DNA from: Clostridia bacterium
Lineage (GTDB): Bacteria; Bacillota; Clostridia; UMGS1883
Direction: 5' to 3'
Length of the DNA stretch: 64,000 bases
NCBI GenBank assembly: GCA_045604905.1
Contig: JAZUOX010000038.1
Location: 15,866 to 79,865 of the forward strand
This document shows positions 1 to 10,127 of this stretch, one piece after another (the stretch's first letter is position 1; each line of letters opens with the position of its first letter). Made by a program: the position numbers and the translations under genes. The notes beneath the pieces are model-generated. The model was not told the DNA's origin. It saw only the letters and a program-made list of their open reading frames with translations, and did not search any database.

Positions 1-866
1 ACAGACGATGTCGTAACTTTAGAAGAGAACTTTTCAATATACAGCCGCATATCTTCATTTATAACACGACCGCCTATTTTTACAGACAGCACATCGCGCA
101 TAAAGCTTGTAAACAAATCAAAATATAAATCACACTCAGAAAATGCACTTTTTCCGCTCTTTACGCCAAAAGCTTCCGCCACTTTAAAAATGGAGAGTCT
201 GTCACCCGTAATAGAAGAAATCACTTCAAACATTTTCTGCCTTATTTCAAAAAACTCTTCATCCTCGCAAAGATTGATTGCCCGCCCGATTACGCCTCCG
301 CTGTAAAGAGCTATAAAATCGGCACTGTCCCGTTTCAAGGGATACTGTCTTAAAATATAATCCTTTACAACAGACTCTTCGAATGGCTCAAAAACAATTT
401 TGTTTCCTCTTGAACGAATAGTCTGAAGAAGCATCTTCTCGTTTTCAGATAAAAGTATAATGACTGCATACCGGGGCGGTTCTTCAAAAGACTTAAGCAA
501 AGCGTTCTGAGCATCGGTATTCATATTATCTGCATTTTTTACTATAAATATCTTTTTTTCGGAAAGAGCCGGTTTTATATAAAGCTCCTCATTCATAGAA
601 CGTATATCGTCAACCTTTATCTGGCCTTCTTCGCCAATGATAAAAAGGTCGGGATGGGTGTTTGCCGCATGTTTTTTGCAGTCGGGACACTCTCCGCAGG
701 GTTTTGTGCTCCCGGTACAGTGAATGGCATTTGCAAAAATCCTCGCAGTGGTAAATTTTCCTACACCTTTCATTCCCTCAAATATATACGAATGAGCTAC
801 TCCGCCTGTCCGCGCTGCACCTAAAAGAGAGCGGAATGCCTTTTGTGTTGTAATATAACTTGCCAT
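1..866 (-). CDS. holB: DNA polymerase III delta-prime subunit (C-terminus runs off the left edge of the window)
   Basis: The reverse-strand ATG at 864-866 opens MASYITTQKAFRSLLGAARTGGVAHSYIFEGMKGVGKFTTARIFANAIHC..CGECPDCKK..NALLKSFEEPP..TIRSRG. This is the AAA+ clamp-loader delta-prime signature. It is absent from the ORF track because it is truncated. Confidence 0.85.
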   Translation of the reverse strand, partial: MASYITTQKAFRSLLGAARTGGVAHSYIFEGMKGVGKFTTARIFANAIHCTGSTKPCGECPDCKKHAANTHPDLFIIGEEGQIKVDDIRSMNEELYIKPALSEKKIFIVKNADNMNTDAQNALLKSFEEPPRYAVIILLSENEKMLLQTIRSRGNKIVFEPFEESVVKDYILRQYPLKRDSADFIALYSGGVIGRAINLCEDEEFFEIRQKMFEVISSITGDRLSIFKVAEAFGVKSGKSAFSECDLYFDLFTSFMRDVLSVKIGGRVINEDMRLYIEKFSSKVTTSS

Positions 867-867
867 T

Positions 868-2889
868 TTACTGACCTTCTTTACAGTACTTTTTCACAAG
901 TTTTACAATAATGCAGTTTGCCAAAAGCACCACTAATGAAACAAGCATACCGACAATAAGTCCGTTTATCGCTCTTGTATATATAACCTCCGCTGATGTA
1001 AACACATGACAGAAGCTGTTTATGAAAGATGCAAACAGGATTGAACTACCTACGCTGAATCCCCATCTGAGAAGTGTGCAGTTTGTGTTCTTCACATAAT
1101 AGAAGAAAAGCATAAGACAGGGCCATCCGACCAGAAACTCCTTTGTTCTGGGACGAGCAGGCATAATAGCCGATATAGTGTTACGCATAAAGCTTTCAAC
1201 AGGTGATATTTTTTCAACATTACCACTTCTTATAAGGTATATTGCTGCAACACCGCCGAGAACAAGTGCAATAAATGTCCAGTATACTTTAACATCTGCG
1301 TTAAGCACTCTTTTTGCCTTTGAATAAAGAGACTCTTCCGTATCTCCGAAAATCATTCCGTAAAGAATCATACTGTATGCAATCGGAACAATAAGAGATA
1401 TCTTTATACCTCTGAATATAATTGAATTAAGATAATAGTCAAGACCACTAAGAAGTGCTATCTGTACTGTTGCACAAAGGAAAAGTGTAACAAGAGTTAC
1501 AAGAAGAGATGCAATGCCAAACTGCCAGGGCTTTAATTTATCACGCATTTCTCTTACATAAACTGCCACAAGAGTCATTGCAAAACACGGAGAAACTACG
1601 GCAAACAAAGTGGGATACAAAAGCACTATACTTTCCGGAGCAAAGTAAGTGAAAAGAACTCCCATCACTGCTCCCGCCGTTGCAAGCTTTTCAAGCCACA
1701 TATATCTCTTGTTAAAGAGCCACTCAATAACAGTTACACCCATAAGAATCATCATTACGAGAGCCGCCATACTCGTAAGCGTGCGGTAAGGGGTGTAATT
1801 TTTATAAACTTTATCATAAGATTCCGTATTATAGCCTATTTCTCTGATTTTCTCTATTGCCGCCTTTGTGGCTATGTTTGTTTTCTTGCCTTTTTCGTCA
1901 AAGGGGTCTGTTCCGTTTGTAAGCTGTTTGATTGAAACAAAACGGATATTTCTGTCGATAACAGAATTTACTATTCTGTGAGAACGGGTATCATAGATTG
2001 TAGGTCCGAGATTTTTTGTATCCACATCAATTGTCTCGTAACCGCGCAGCACTCTTCCGCCTGCGCTCTTTATAAGTTCTGCATAACCGATGGGCTTTTT
2101 ATTGGAAAGTTGAGTTTCCGTCTCAGTAACAATAAGGAAAAGTCCGTTTTTCTTTATAAGTTCGCAGAATGCTTTGTAGTTCTTTTCTGCGTGCGTACTT
2201 GCCTCCTGTGCTATTTCGCTCTTTTTAATATTTATATGAGTTATTCCGTATTCTTTGATAATACGCTCAATTTCACCAACATACGCAGCATCAGAGTATG
2301 CACCAAGTCGCAGAGACAATACAATATTCATCCCTTTTTCTTTTGCAAGCGCGAGCTTTTTCTCATCAAAGCCTATATCTGTATGCCAACTACTCACAAG
2401 CCCATCATAAAGAACATATACATCGGCATTTGCATCTGCTTCAAGCTTGACAAAATCCTCTTTTGCATATTTTGCATTTACCCATTTGTCAAGATGTTCT
2501 TTCCATTCTTCTCTTTTTGAAATAAGCACATAGCTGTCGTTATGGATTTTTCTGTTATCTGCAAGTGCTTTTATAATAACTTCACTCTCATCATCATACT
2601 TATGGCAAAGAACGCCATACTTTATTGCTGTTATATGACCACGGGTTATAAGTGAATTGAGGCTTTCCTCTTCTACAACAACCGTGTTTACACCGAAGGA
2701 CTTATTTTCCTCAATACTTTCTTCAACTTCATCAGCACTCAGAAGAAGCTGTGCGTCATTTAAGTTAAGAGCAAAAATAACATCCTTGTTATCCGACTCA
2801 TTCTTTACTCTTACTGCAAAAGAAGGAATCACCATTGCCAGAAGAATTACGAATATAATTCCGCGTATCAATAAATTTTTCTTAGACAT
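868..2889 (-). CDS. Large membrane protein of unknown function (signal-anchor, ~370-aa extracytoplasmic domain, polytopic C-terminal half; possibly DUF5693-like)
   Basis: ORF 868-2904. I prefer the ATG at 2889 (MSKKNLL..), which has GAGGAG 7 nt upstream. An N-terminal hydrophobic anchor is followed by many predicted TM helices after about residue 375. It is packed between murJ and holB. Confidence 0.75.
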   Translation of the reverse strand: MSKKNLLIRGIIFVILLAMVIPSFAVRVKNESDNKDVIFALNLNDAQLLLSADEVEESIEENKSFGVNTVVVEEESLNSLITRGHITAIKYGVLCHKYDDESEVIIKALADNRKIHNDSYVLISKREEWKEHLDKWVNAKYAKEDFVKLEADANADVYVLYDGLVSSWHTDIGFDEKKLALAKEKGMNIVLSLRLGAYSDAAYVGEIERIIKEYGITHINIKKSEIAQEASTHAEKNYKAFCELIKKNGLFLIVTETETQLSNKKPIGYAELIKSAGGRVLRGYETIDVDTKNLGPTIYDTRSHRIVNSVIDRNIRFVSIKQLTNGTDPFDEKGKKTNIATKAAIEKIREIGYNTESYDKVYKNYTPYRTLTSMAALVMMILMGVTVIEWLFNKRYMWLEKLATAGAVMGVLFTYFAPESIVLLYPTLFAVVSPCFAMTLVAVYVREMRDKLKPWQFGIASLLVTLVTLFLCATVQIALLSGLDYYLNSIIFRGIKISLIVPIAYSMILYGMIFGDTEESLYSKAKRVLNADVKVYWTFIALVLGGVAAIYLIRSGNVEKISPVESFMRNTISAIMPARPRTKEFLVGWPCLMLFFYYVKNTNCTLLRWGFSVGSSILFASFINSFCHVFTSAEVIYTRAINGLIVGMLVSLVVLLANCIIVKLVKKYCKEGQ

Positions 2890-2900
2890 TTCATCTCTCC

Positions 2901-4400
2901 TCACTGCGGATTTTCCGCATTTCTTCCCTTAAGTATTACTTTTACCATTCCACTTACAAAAAGCACAGCACAGTAAACTGCCGCACATAACAGAAGCGGT
3001 ATTATAAAGCCGAATTTTCCGCCGAACATATCCGGCAGGAACAGCTTCCACGCACCAAACACGGTTAACGCTGCAATGCTTGACAACAAAATTTTCCCAA
3101 TATTTTTAATAAACGGTCTGTCGATATATTTTCCTGTAACTTTTGCTATTGCAAAAGCAATCATTACGGCATATACGGTAAAAAGTACGGTTGTACTTAT
3201 TGCAATTGCCACTGCCCCAAAGTCTTTCAATGACATATTCAAAATAAGTTTAAGAACAATCACTGCGCCTGTACCAATAACCGTGTAGGAATATTTTGAG
3301 TCCAGATAAAGAATCTTGTTAAAAAGCTCCTGGCAGGCATATCCGAAAACGCCCAGCGTATAAATACCGAAAAGAATTCCCGTAACTGCTGAATCTTCTG
3401 CAGTAAAATTCCCCCTCTCATAAAGAAGTGAGATAAGCTCTTTTCCGAAGCAGCATGCTACAAGTATAAAAGGAATAAAAATTGCGAGCATCACTGTTAT
3501 CATATACTGCAAAAGACTTTTTACATATTCTTTGTTCCCTTCCTCGAAATTACGGCTGATAGAGGGAAATACCACATTACTCATTGCAACAACAAACACA
3601 CTTGCTATCGTAACAAACAGATTTGACGCATATGTTACTGTTGATACTGCACCGTCAACACCTGTAACAAAAGCCTTGTCTATCATAAAGCAAATCTGGA
3701 ACATCATATTCGATATGAATATCCACAAAAGCTCGCTGCTGCCACTTTTCTTTCCGGTAGGCTTTTCATATTTTGAAACAAAGAGCCGGTAACCTTTTTT
3801 GTAAAATGAAGGAAGCTGAATTACAATATGTAAAAGCCATCCAATCGTCGTTACAACACCAACTGTCATTATATCTATATCTTTCACAAAAAGAGAAGCA
3901 ATAATAACAACATTAAAAGGCAGACTCATTATCGAACTTATAAAGAAAACCTGATTATTCTGCAATACACCTGATATAATGTATGCTATAATTACAAACA
4001 CAAATGACGGAAGCATTATATACATAAGCTTTACTGCAAGTGCAGTGTCCTCTGCGCCGAATTCAGGAAGCAGAAGGTGCACAATCGGCCTTGCAAGGAT
4101 TGCCATGCAAATTGCCGCAATTACCGCTATAACAGTCGTTTTACGGATAAAGTGCGACACATATCCACGTTTTTTAAGCTCCGTCGAATTTTCTTCCTTA
4201 TTGAGATTTTTTATAACAAGAGTGGAAAGTGCCACTCCGATTCCCGTAAATATAAGGTTTACCAGTCCGAAAATCTGAAAATACATATCAGAATCGGCAC
4301 CTGTTCCGAATACCGATGCAAAAACTATATCACGGAAAAATCCGAGACCCTTTGCAATGAGTATACCGAGAACAACCAGTATATATGCTATGCCATTCAT
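2901..4400 (-). CDS. murJ: Lipid II flippase MurJ/MviN family
   Basis: About 500 aa and polytopic. The N-terminus GLGFFRDIVFASVFGTGADSDMYF matches the MurJ signature. The start may be the ATG at 4400 or the GTG at 4409. Confidence 0.85.
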   Translation of the reverse strand: MNGIAYILVVLGILIAKGLGFFRDIVFASVFGTGADSDMYFQIFGLVNLIFTGIGVALSTLVIKNLNKEENSTELKKRGYVSHFIRKTTVIAVIAAICMAILARPIVHLLLPEFGAEDTALAVKLMYIMLPSFVFVIIAYIISGVLQNNQVFFISSIMSLPFNVVIIASLFVKDIDIMTVGVVTTIGWLLHIVIQLPSFYKKGYRLFVSKYEKPTGKKSGSSELLWIFISNMMFQICFMIDKAFVTGVDGAVSTVTYASNLFVTIASVFVVAMSNVVFPSISRNFEEGNKEYVKSLLQYMITVMLAIFIPFILVACCFGKELISLLYERGNFTAEDSAVTGILFGIYTLGVFGYACQELFNKILYLDSKYSYTVIGTGAVIVLKLILNMSLKDFGAVAIAISTTVLFTVYAVMIAFAIAKVTGKYIDRPFIKNIGKILLSSIAALTVFGAWKLFLPDMFGGKFGFIIPLLLCAAVYCAVLFVSGMVKVILKGRNAENPQ

Positions 4401-4512
4401 CCGATGCACCTACCTTTCCCCATTATACTACATCTATTATATAATACACTAAAAGAAGGTGTGTAGTCAAGTTTTTACACAAAATTTCTGTTTCTACATC
4501 AATGCACAGTCT

Positions 4513-5406
4513 TCACTTCCGACATTGTTTTTCAAACAAACTGTTCTTCACCACATATTCCCGGAATTTTTTCATAGCTGCAAAAAAGTAGCTCTCTTTT
4601 TTCCACACAAGACTTATGTTTATGTTCATTTTCGGCTCTGCGGAAATTGCCTTGAAATCCTTGTCCTCATTCACAAGATGACTGAACATAAACCCTGCGG
4701 CAATATCGTTTGCAACAAGGCTCTGAATAGTAGAAAGCTGCGACGTCTGCAAAATAATATCAGGGACAACTTTGCTGACGGCAAACCATTTTCTGATTTC
4801 TTCTGTATGATAAAAACTGTCTTTAAAAATTACTATCGGAGTTTTTGCAAGCTCTTTTGCAGTGATATTTTCTTTGTCTGCGAGAATGTTTTCTTTACAT
4901 ACGCAGCACACTATTTCCGTCTTTACAATATTTATTCCTGAAAAGCCCTTTTCTTCAAAATTTTCATGAGGCATAAACGTCATATCGAGGAGCCCTTCGG
5001 AAAGTTTACTCAGAAGCTCTTGCTGTCCGCCCTCTGTGATTTCAATATGTATATCGGGGTTTTCCGAAAGAAATTCCCGATATATTTCAGGAAGCACAAC
5101 AGACCCTATCATCGGCGGAACTCCGAGGCGGAGAATTTTACGTTGTCTTCCCATATCTTTCATTATATTTTCTGTTTGCTCTGCTCTGCTGAGAAGCTCT
5201 TTTGCCATTTTGTAAAGCCTTTCACCCTCTGATGTGCGTACCATTCCGCGATGTTGACGGTAAAAAAGCTTCACCCCGAACTCCTCTTCCATTTCTTTTA
5301 TTGCATTTGAAAGCGACGGTTGGGCAATATGCACTCTTTCTGCCGCTGCCGAAACCGTTCCCGCCTCGCACACAGATATAAAATATTTAAGTTGTGTAAG
5401 ATTCAT
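4513..5406 (-). CDS. LysR-family transcriptional regulator
   Basis: MNLTQLKYFISVCEAGTVSAAAERVHIAQPSLSNAIKEMEEEFGVKLF is a typical LysR HTH. It is divergent from the dehydrogenase operon. The start is ambiguous (5406, 5412 or 5415). Confidence 0.9.
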   Translation of the reverse strand: MNLTQLKYFISVCEAGTVSAAAERVHIAQPSLSNAIKEMEEEFGVKLFYRQHRGMVRTSEGERLYKMAKELLSRAEQTENIMKDMGRQRKILRLGVPPMIGSVVLPEIYREFLSENPDIHIEITEGGQQELLSKLSEGLLDMTFMPHENFEEKGFSGINIVKTEIVCCVCKENILADKENITAKELAKTPIVIFKDSFYHTEEIRKWFAVSKVVPDIILQTSQLSTIQSLVANDIAAGFMFSHLVNEDKDFKAISAEPKMNINISLVWKKESYFFAAMKKFREYVVKNSLFEKQCRK

Positions 5407-5464
5407 ATCCATCACCCACTTCCATTATATAATTTTTAACTATAGTTGTCAATAAATTATATAT

Positions 5465-5493
5465 TTTACAAATATCAGAATTGGTGATATACT
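5465..5493 (+). promoter_or_regulatory. Candidate sigma-A promoter for the dehydrogenase/permease/malic-enzyme operon
   Basis: TTTACA (5465-5470), 17 nt spacer, TATACT (5488-5493) preceded by TGa. The near-palindrome TATAATTTTTAACTATA at 5428-5444 upstream fits a LysR T-N11-A box. Confidence 0.4.
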
Positions 5494-5519
5494 AAAGAAA
5501 ATTTCATTGGAGGTTTATT

Positions 5520-6593
5520 ATGGATACATACAAAATAGCAGTGATTCCCGGTGACGGAATCGGACCTGAGGTTATTGACGAAGGTGTAAAAGTGCTTAAT
5601 GAGGTTTCACGCATTGACGGCAGTTTCAGATTTGATTTCACATATTTTCCGTGGGGTTGTGAATATTATAAGGAAACAGGCAGAATGATGGCGGAAAATG
5701 GCATTGAAGAATTAAGTAAATTCGACGCTATATTTCTTGGAGCAGTAGGTGCTCCCGGAGTCCCTGACCACATCTCGTTGTGGGATCTTCTGCTTATAAT
5801 CAGAAAAAGCTTTGACCAGTACATCAATCTTCGTCCGGTAAAGCTTCTTGACGGTGCCCCGGCACCTCTTAAGGATGTTCCTAAAGAAGATATTGATATG
5901 GTATTCATCCGTGAAAACAGCGAAGGTGAATATGCAGGAAGCGGAAGCTGGCTCTATAAAGGAAAGCCCAATGAGGTTGTAATACAGAATGGTGTATTCT
6001 CCCGCACAGGCTGTGAAAGGGTAATCCGCTACGCTTATGAACTGGCAAAAAAAGAAGGTAAAACACTCACAAGCATCAGCAAAGCAAACGCTCTTAACTA
6101 CTCGATGGTATTCTGGGATCAGATTTTTAACGAAGTGGGACAGGACTACCCCGAGGTTAAGACATACTCATACCTTGTGGATGCGGCTGCTATGTTTATG
6201 GTTAAAGACCCGAAGCGATTTGAAGTTGTAGTAACATCAAACCTTTTCGGCGATATTCTTACAGACTTAGGTGCTGCAATCTCAGGCGGTATGGGGCTTG
6301 CAGCAGGTGCAAACCTTAATCCTGAAAAAAAGTTCCCATCAATGTTTGAGCCTATTCACGGCTCTGCTCCCGACATCGCCGGTCAGCAGAAGGCAAATCC
6401 CCTTGCAACGGTATGGTCTGCATCACAGATGCTTGACTTTTTCGGTCACGAAGACTGGGGCAAAAAGCTTATAGCTTGTATTGAAAAAACTCTTACAGAT
6501 AAAAAAGTTCTTACCCCCGATATTGGCGGCAATGCTACCACACCGGAAGTCGGAGATGAAATTGTCAGACTTCTTCGGGAGGATTGTAAATAA
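5520..6593 (+). CDS. Tartrate dehydrogenase/decarboxylase or D-malate dehydrogenase (isocitrate/isopropylmalate dehydrogenase family)
   Basis: IAVIPGDGIGPEV, the N-terminal FDFTYFPWGCEYY and NLFGDILTDLGA motifs. 357 aa, the size of TtuC/DmlA-type enzymes. Confidence 0.8.
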   Translation: MDTYKIAVIPGDGIGPEVIDEGVKVLNEVSRIDGSFRFDFTYFPWGCEYYKETGRMMAENGIEELSKFDAIFLGAVGAPGVPDHISLWDLLLIIRKSFDQYINLRPVKLLDGAPAPLKDVPKEDIDMVFIRENSEGEYAGSGSWLYKGKPNEVVIQNGVFSRTGCERVIRYAYELAKKEGKTLTSISKANALNYSMVFWDQIFNEVGQDYPEVKTYSYLVDAAAMFMVKDPKRFEVVVTSNLFGDILTDLGAAISGGMGLAAGANLNPEKKFPSMFEPIHGSAPDIAGQQKANPLATVWSASQMLDFFGHEDWGKKLIACIEKTLTDKKVLTPDIGGNATTPEVGDEIVRLLREDCK

Positions 6594-7537
6594 TGGAGAG
6601 CATAAAATTATCCTTTAATGCAGTTATGCCGATATTCATTCTGATGATGCTGGGGTATTTTATCAAAAAAATAAAGCTTGCAGATAAGAAAAGTCTTGAT
6701 GCTATAAATAAACTGATATTCAAGATTTTCCTGCCGGTACTGCTGTTTTATAACATATACAACACCAAAACCTCCGGCATTTTTGACGGAAAACTGATTC
6801 TTTTCACTATATGCGGAATTGTTTCAGTTTTCATACTTGGATATTTTGCAGTTATGCTTTTAACCAAAGATAACTCCAAACGTGGCGTAATGCTTCAGGG
6901 ATTTTTCAGAGCTAATTTTGCAATTCTCGGTATTCCGCTTGTGGGATATATCTGCGGAAATCAGACAAGCGGACTTGCTTCCCTTATGGTTGCGGTGGTA
7001 ATCCCAATATTTAATATTCTTGCCGTAGTGGCTCTTGAAAGATTCAGAAAAGGGAACACCGGCCTTGATATATTAAAGCTTTTAAAAGGGGTTATTACAA
7101 ACCCTTTGATTATCGGTTGCCTAATCGGAATTATATTCTTTGTATTTGATATAAAGCTTCCGTCACTGATAGAAAAATCCGTAAAGGATATTTCTTCAAT
7201 AGCAACACCCCTGTCGATTATTGTACTTGGCTCCGTGTTTGAATTTTCAGACATAAAAGGATATTTCAAGGAAAACGTTATAGTAGTATTGACAAAGCTT
7301 GTTATTGTTCCGCTTGTTGTTCTTCCCGTGGCAGTATGGCTCGGCTTTACAGGTGAGGCGCTTGCGTGTCTTCTTGTAGTATTTGCATCACCCGTTGCAG
7401 TATCCTCATTTGCTATGGCACAGCAAATGGACGGGGATGAAACATTGGCGGTACAAGTAATCGCCCTGTCTTCGGCTTTTTGTCTTGTTACACTGTTTTT
7501 GTGGATTTTTGCGCTGAGTTTTCTGGGGCTGTTTTAA
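6593..7537 (+). CDS. AEC (auxin efflux carrier / malate permease-like) family transporter
   Basis: 314 aa with about 10 TM helices. Its ATG overlaps the upstream TAA (TAATG). The sequence pattern is typical of the AEC family. Confidence 0.8.
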   Translation: MESIKLSFNAVMPIFILMMLGYFIKKIKLADKKSLDAINKLIFKIFLPVLLFYNIYNTKTSGIFDGKLILFTICGIVSVFILGYFAVMLLTKDNSKRGVMLQGFFRANFAILGIPLVGYICGNQTSGLASLMVAVVIPIFNILAVVALERFRKGNTGLDILKLLKGVITNPLIIGCLIGIIFFVFDIKLPSLIEKSVKDISSIATPLSIIVLGSVFEFSDIKGYFKENVIVVLTKLVIVPLVVLPVAVWLGFTGEALACLLVVFASPVAVSSFAMAQQMDGDETLAVQVIALSSAFCLVTLFLWIFALSFLGLF

Positions 7538-7564
7538 GTTTATAATAAGAAAGGTAGATTAAAT

Positions 7565-8737
7565 ATGGATATAAAAAGTACTTCACTAAAAAAGCATTAT
7601 GAATGGAACGGAAAAATCGAGGTTGTGGCAAAAGCCAAAGTGAACAATTCCGAAGATTTGTCACTTGCATACACTCCCGGTGTTGCACAACCGTGTCTTG
7701 AAATACAAAAAGATATTACAAAGTCATATGAACTTACTCGTCGCAACAATCTTGTTGCTGTTATTACGGACGGAACTGCAGTTCTTGGGCTTGGCGACAT
7801 CGGTCCCGAGGCAGGTATGCCCGTTATGGAAGGTAAGTGCGTACTTTTCAAAGAATTTGCAGACGTTGACGCTTTCCCCTTATGTATTAAAACAAAGGAT
7901 GTCGACGAGGCAGTACAGACAATCTACAATATTTCCGGAAGTTTCGGTGGCATAAATCTTGAGGACATTGCCGCACCCCGTTGCTTTGAAATCGAAAGAA
8001 GGCTTAAGGAAATATGCGATATTCCCGTATTCCACGATGACCAGCACGGTACAGCCATCGTAGTTGCCGCCGCACTTCTTAACGCAATTAAACTCGTAAA
8101 GAAAAACATTTCAGAAATAAATGTAGTTATAAACGGTGCAGGCAGTGCAGGAACTGCAATCGGCATGCACCTTTTAAAGCTTGGTGTGAAAAATCTTGTT
8201 ATGGTTGACCGTTTCGGTATTATTTGCAAGGGTATGGATGGGCTTTCAGAAGCGCATAAAGAACTTGCTGAAATCACAAACAAGGAACATAAAACAGGTA
8301 ATCTTGCAGATGCTATGAAAGGTGCCGATGTATTTATCGGTGTATCTGCTCCCGGTATTGTGTCAGAAGAAATGGTTTCTTCTATGGCAGATGGCGCAAT
8401 AGTATTCCCCATGGCAAACCCCACCCCTGAAATTATGCCCGACCTTGCACTCAGTGCAGGTGCTACTGTTGTCGGAACAGGCAGAAGTGATTTTGACAAT
8501 CAGATAAACAACGTGCTTGCATTCCCCGGAATTTTCCGCGGGGCACTGGATGTGAGAGCAAGTGACATAAATGAAGAAATGAAGATGGCTGCATCCTATG
8601 CCATTGCATCTCTTGTATCAGACGAAGAGCTTGCCCCCGATTACATTATTCCCAAGGCTTTTGACAGCCGCGTAGGAAAAGCCGTAGCAAATGCCGTGGC
8701 AGAAGCGGCTAAAAAAACAGGTGTAGCAAGAATATAA
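7565..8737 (+). CDS. NAD(P)-dependent malic enzyme (short, 390-aa type)
   Basis: VITDGTAVLGLGDIGPEAGMPVMEGK and VINGAGSAGTAIG motifs. The RBS is GAAAGG. Confidence 0.9.
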   Translation: MDIKSTSLKKHYEWNGKIEVVAKAKVNNSEDLSLAYTPGVAQPCLEIQKDITKSYELTRRNNLVAVITDGTAVLGLGDIGPEAGMPVMEGKCVLFKEFADVDAFPLCIKTKDVDEAVQTIYNISGSFGGINLEDIAAPRCFEIERRLKEICDIPVFHDDQHGTAIVVAAALLNAIKLVKKNISEINVVINGAGSAGTAIGMHLLKLGVKNLVMVDRFGIICKGMDGLSEAHKELAEITNKEHKTGNLADAMKGADVFIGVSAPGIVSEEMVSSMADGAIVFPMANPTPEIMPDLALSAGATVVGTGRSDFDNQINNVLAFPGIFRGALDVRASDINEEMKMAASYAIASLVSDEELAPDYIIPKAFDSRVGKAVANAVAEAAKKTGVARI

Positions 8738-8834
8738 TTAGTGTGACGCTGCGCCTGTGTCGCACACCCCGATTTGTGCAGCCATCGTTCTATGCGTCTT
8801 AATTATAAAGCTTTACATACTATTATGAAAGGCG

Positions 8835-10034
8835 GTGACAAATTTGGACAGAGTAATATTACATTGTGACTGCAACGGATTTTTTGCATCTGTTGAATGT
8901 GCACTTAATCCTGCGTTAAAAGATGTTCCTATGGCAGTAGGCGGTGATCAGGAAGCACGCCACGGCATAATCCTTGCAAAAAACGAGCTTGCAAAAAAAT
9001 TTAATATTCAGACAGCGGAAACAATCTACTCTGCAAGAAAAAAATGTCCATCACTTGTCATTGTTCCTCCTCATCATGATTTGTACGAGCAGTACAGTCA
9101 GCGTGTCAACGCTATTTATGCAGAATATACTGACCTTGTTGAAAAATTCGGCATTGACGAAAGCTGGCTTGATGTAACAGGCTCAACAAAGCTTTTCGGC
9201 AGTGGAATAGAAATCGCAGATATTTTGAGAAAACGCATCAGGGAGGAAATCGGCATCACGATTTCTGTTGGTGTGTCTTTCAACAAGGTATTTGCAAAGC
9301 TTGGCAGTGACTACAAAAAGCCCGATGCCACAACAGTGATTTCAAAAGAAAATTTCAGAGAAATAGTCTATCCCCTTTCAGTAAAAGATTTGCTTTTTGT
9401 TGGCAGGCGCACAGCGGAAATACTTTCGCGGTTGAGAATAAATACCATTGGTGAGCTGGCAAATGCCGACAAAGCTCTTCTTCTGAAAATGCTTGGCAAA
9501 CAAGGTGAAACAATATACAGATATGCCCGAGGAGAAGATGAATCTCCCGTAGACCCTCATGCAAACGACGAAGTTAAATCTGTCGGTAACGGTATGACTT
9601 TCCGCCGTGACCTTTGCGGTGAAAAGGACATTATGCGCGGAATAACACACCTTTCTGAAAGTATTGCCGCAAGGATGAGACAAAAAGGCGTAAAATGCAC
9701 CGTTGTGCAGGTTACAATAAAAAATCCCGATCTTGTGAGTATACAACGACAGGAAAAGCTTGACCATCCCACAAATCTTGCAAAAGAAATTACTGAAAAA
9801 GCAATGGAAATTATCCGCCGAAGCTGGAATATGCACGATCCGATTCGTATGTTGACTGTTACAGGCGGCGGAATTGAATGTGAAGACGGGCAGTGTCAGT
9901 TAAGCTTTTTCGAGGAAAAAGTACAAAATCCTAAACAGGAAAAGCTTGAAAAGGCACTTGACTCAATCCGCAACAAATACGGAAAAGATGCCGTCCAGAA
10001 TGCAAATATCATAAACAACGACCTAGGAATCTGA
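8835..10034 (+). CDS. dinB: DNA polymerase IV (Y-family)
   Basis: ILHCDCNGFFASVE and SVGVSFNKVFAKLGSDYKKPD motifs. The start may be the GTG at 8835 or the TTG at 8844. Confidence 0.9.
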   Translation: MTNLDRVILHCDCNGFFASVECALNPALKDVPMAVGGDQEARHGIILAKNELAKKFNIQTAETIYSARKKCPSLVIVPPHHDLYEQYSQRVNAIYAEYTDLVEKFGIDESWLDVTGSTKLFGSGIEIADILRKRIREEIGITISVGVSFNKVFAKLGSDYKKPDATTVISKENFREIVYPLSVKDLLFVGRRTAEILSRLRINTIGELANADKALLLKMLGKQGETIYRYARGEDESPVDPHANDEVKSVGNGMTFRRDLCGEKDIMRGITHLSESIAARMRQKGVKCTVVQVTIKNPDLVSIQRQEKLDHPTNLAKEITEKAMEIIRRSWNMHDPIRMLTVTGGGIECEDGQCQLSFFEEKVQNPKQEKLEKALDSIRNKYGKDAVQNANIINNDLGI

Positions 10035-10087
10035 AAAAGGGGATGTAAAAAAGTCCAGACCGCATTTTTCCTATCCCCAATGACAGA

Positions 10088-10127
10088 GGGTGTAAAGAAA
10101 TCGAATTTCTTTACACCCCCTTTTGTT
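10088..10127. terminator. Bidirectional intrinsic terminator between dinB and the phosphodiesterase gene
   Basis: Perfect stem GGGTGTAAAGAAAT / ATTTCTTTACACCC with a 3-nt loop, followed by CCTTTTGTTATTTT. Confidence 0.8.

Noticed and set aside
8741-8767. GC-rich imperfect hairpin GTGTGACGCTGCGCCTGTGTCGCACAC after the malic enzyme gene, considered as a terminator or small RNA
   Set aside because: Only about 7 bp can pair, with a bulge, and no U-tract follows. That is too weak to call.
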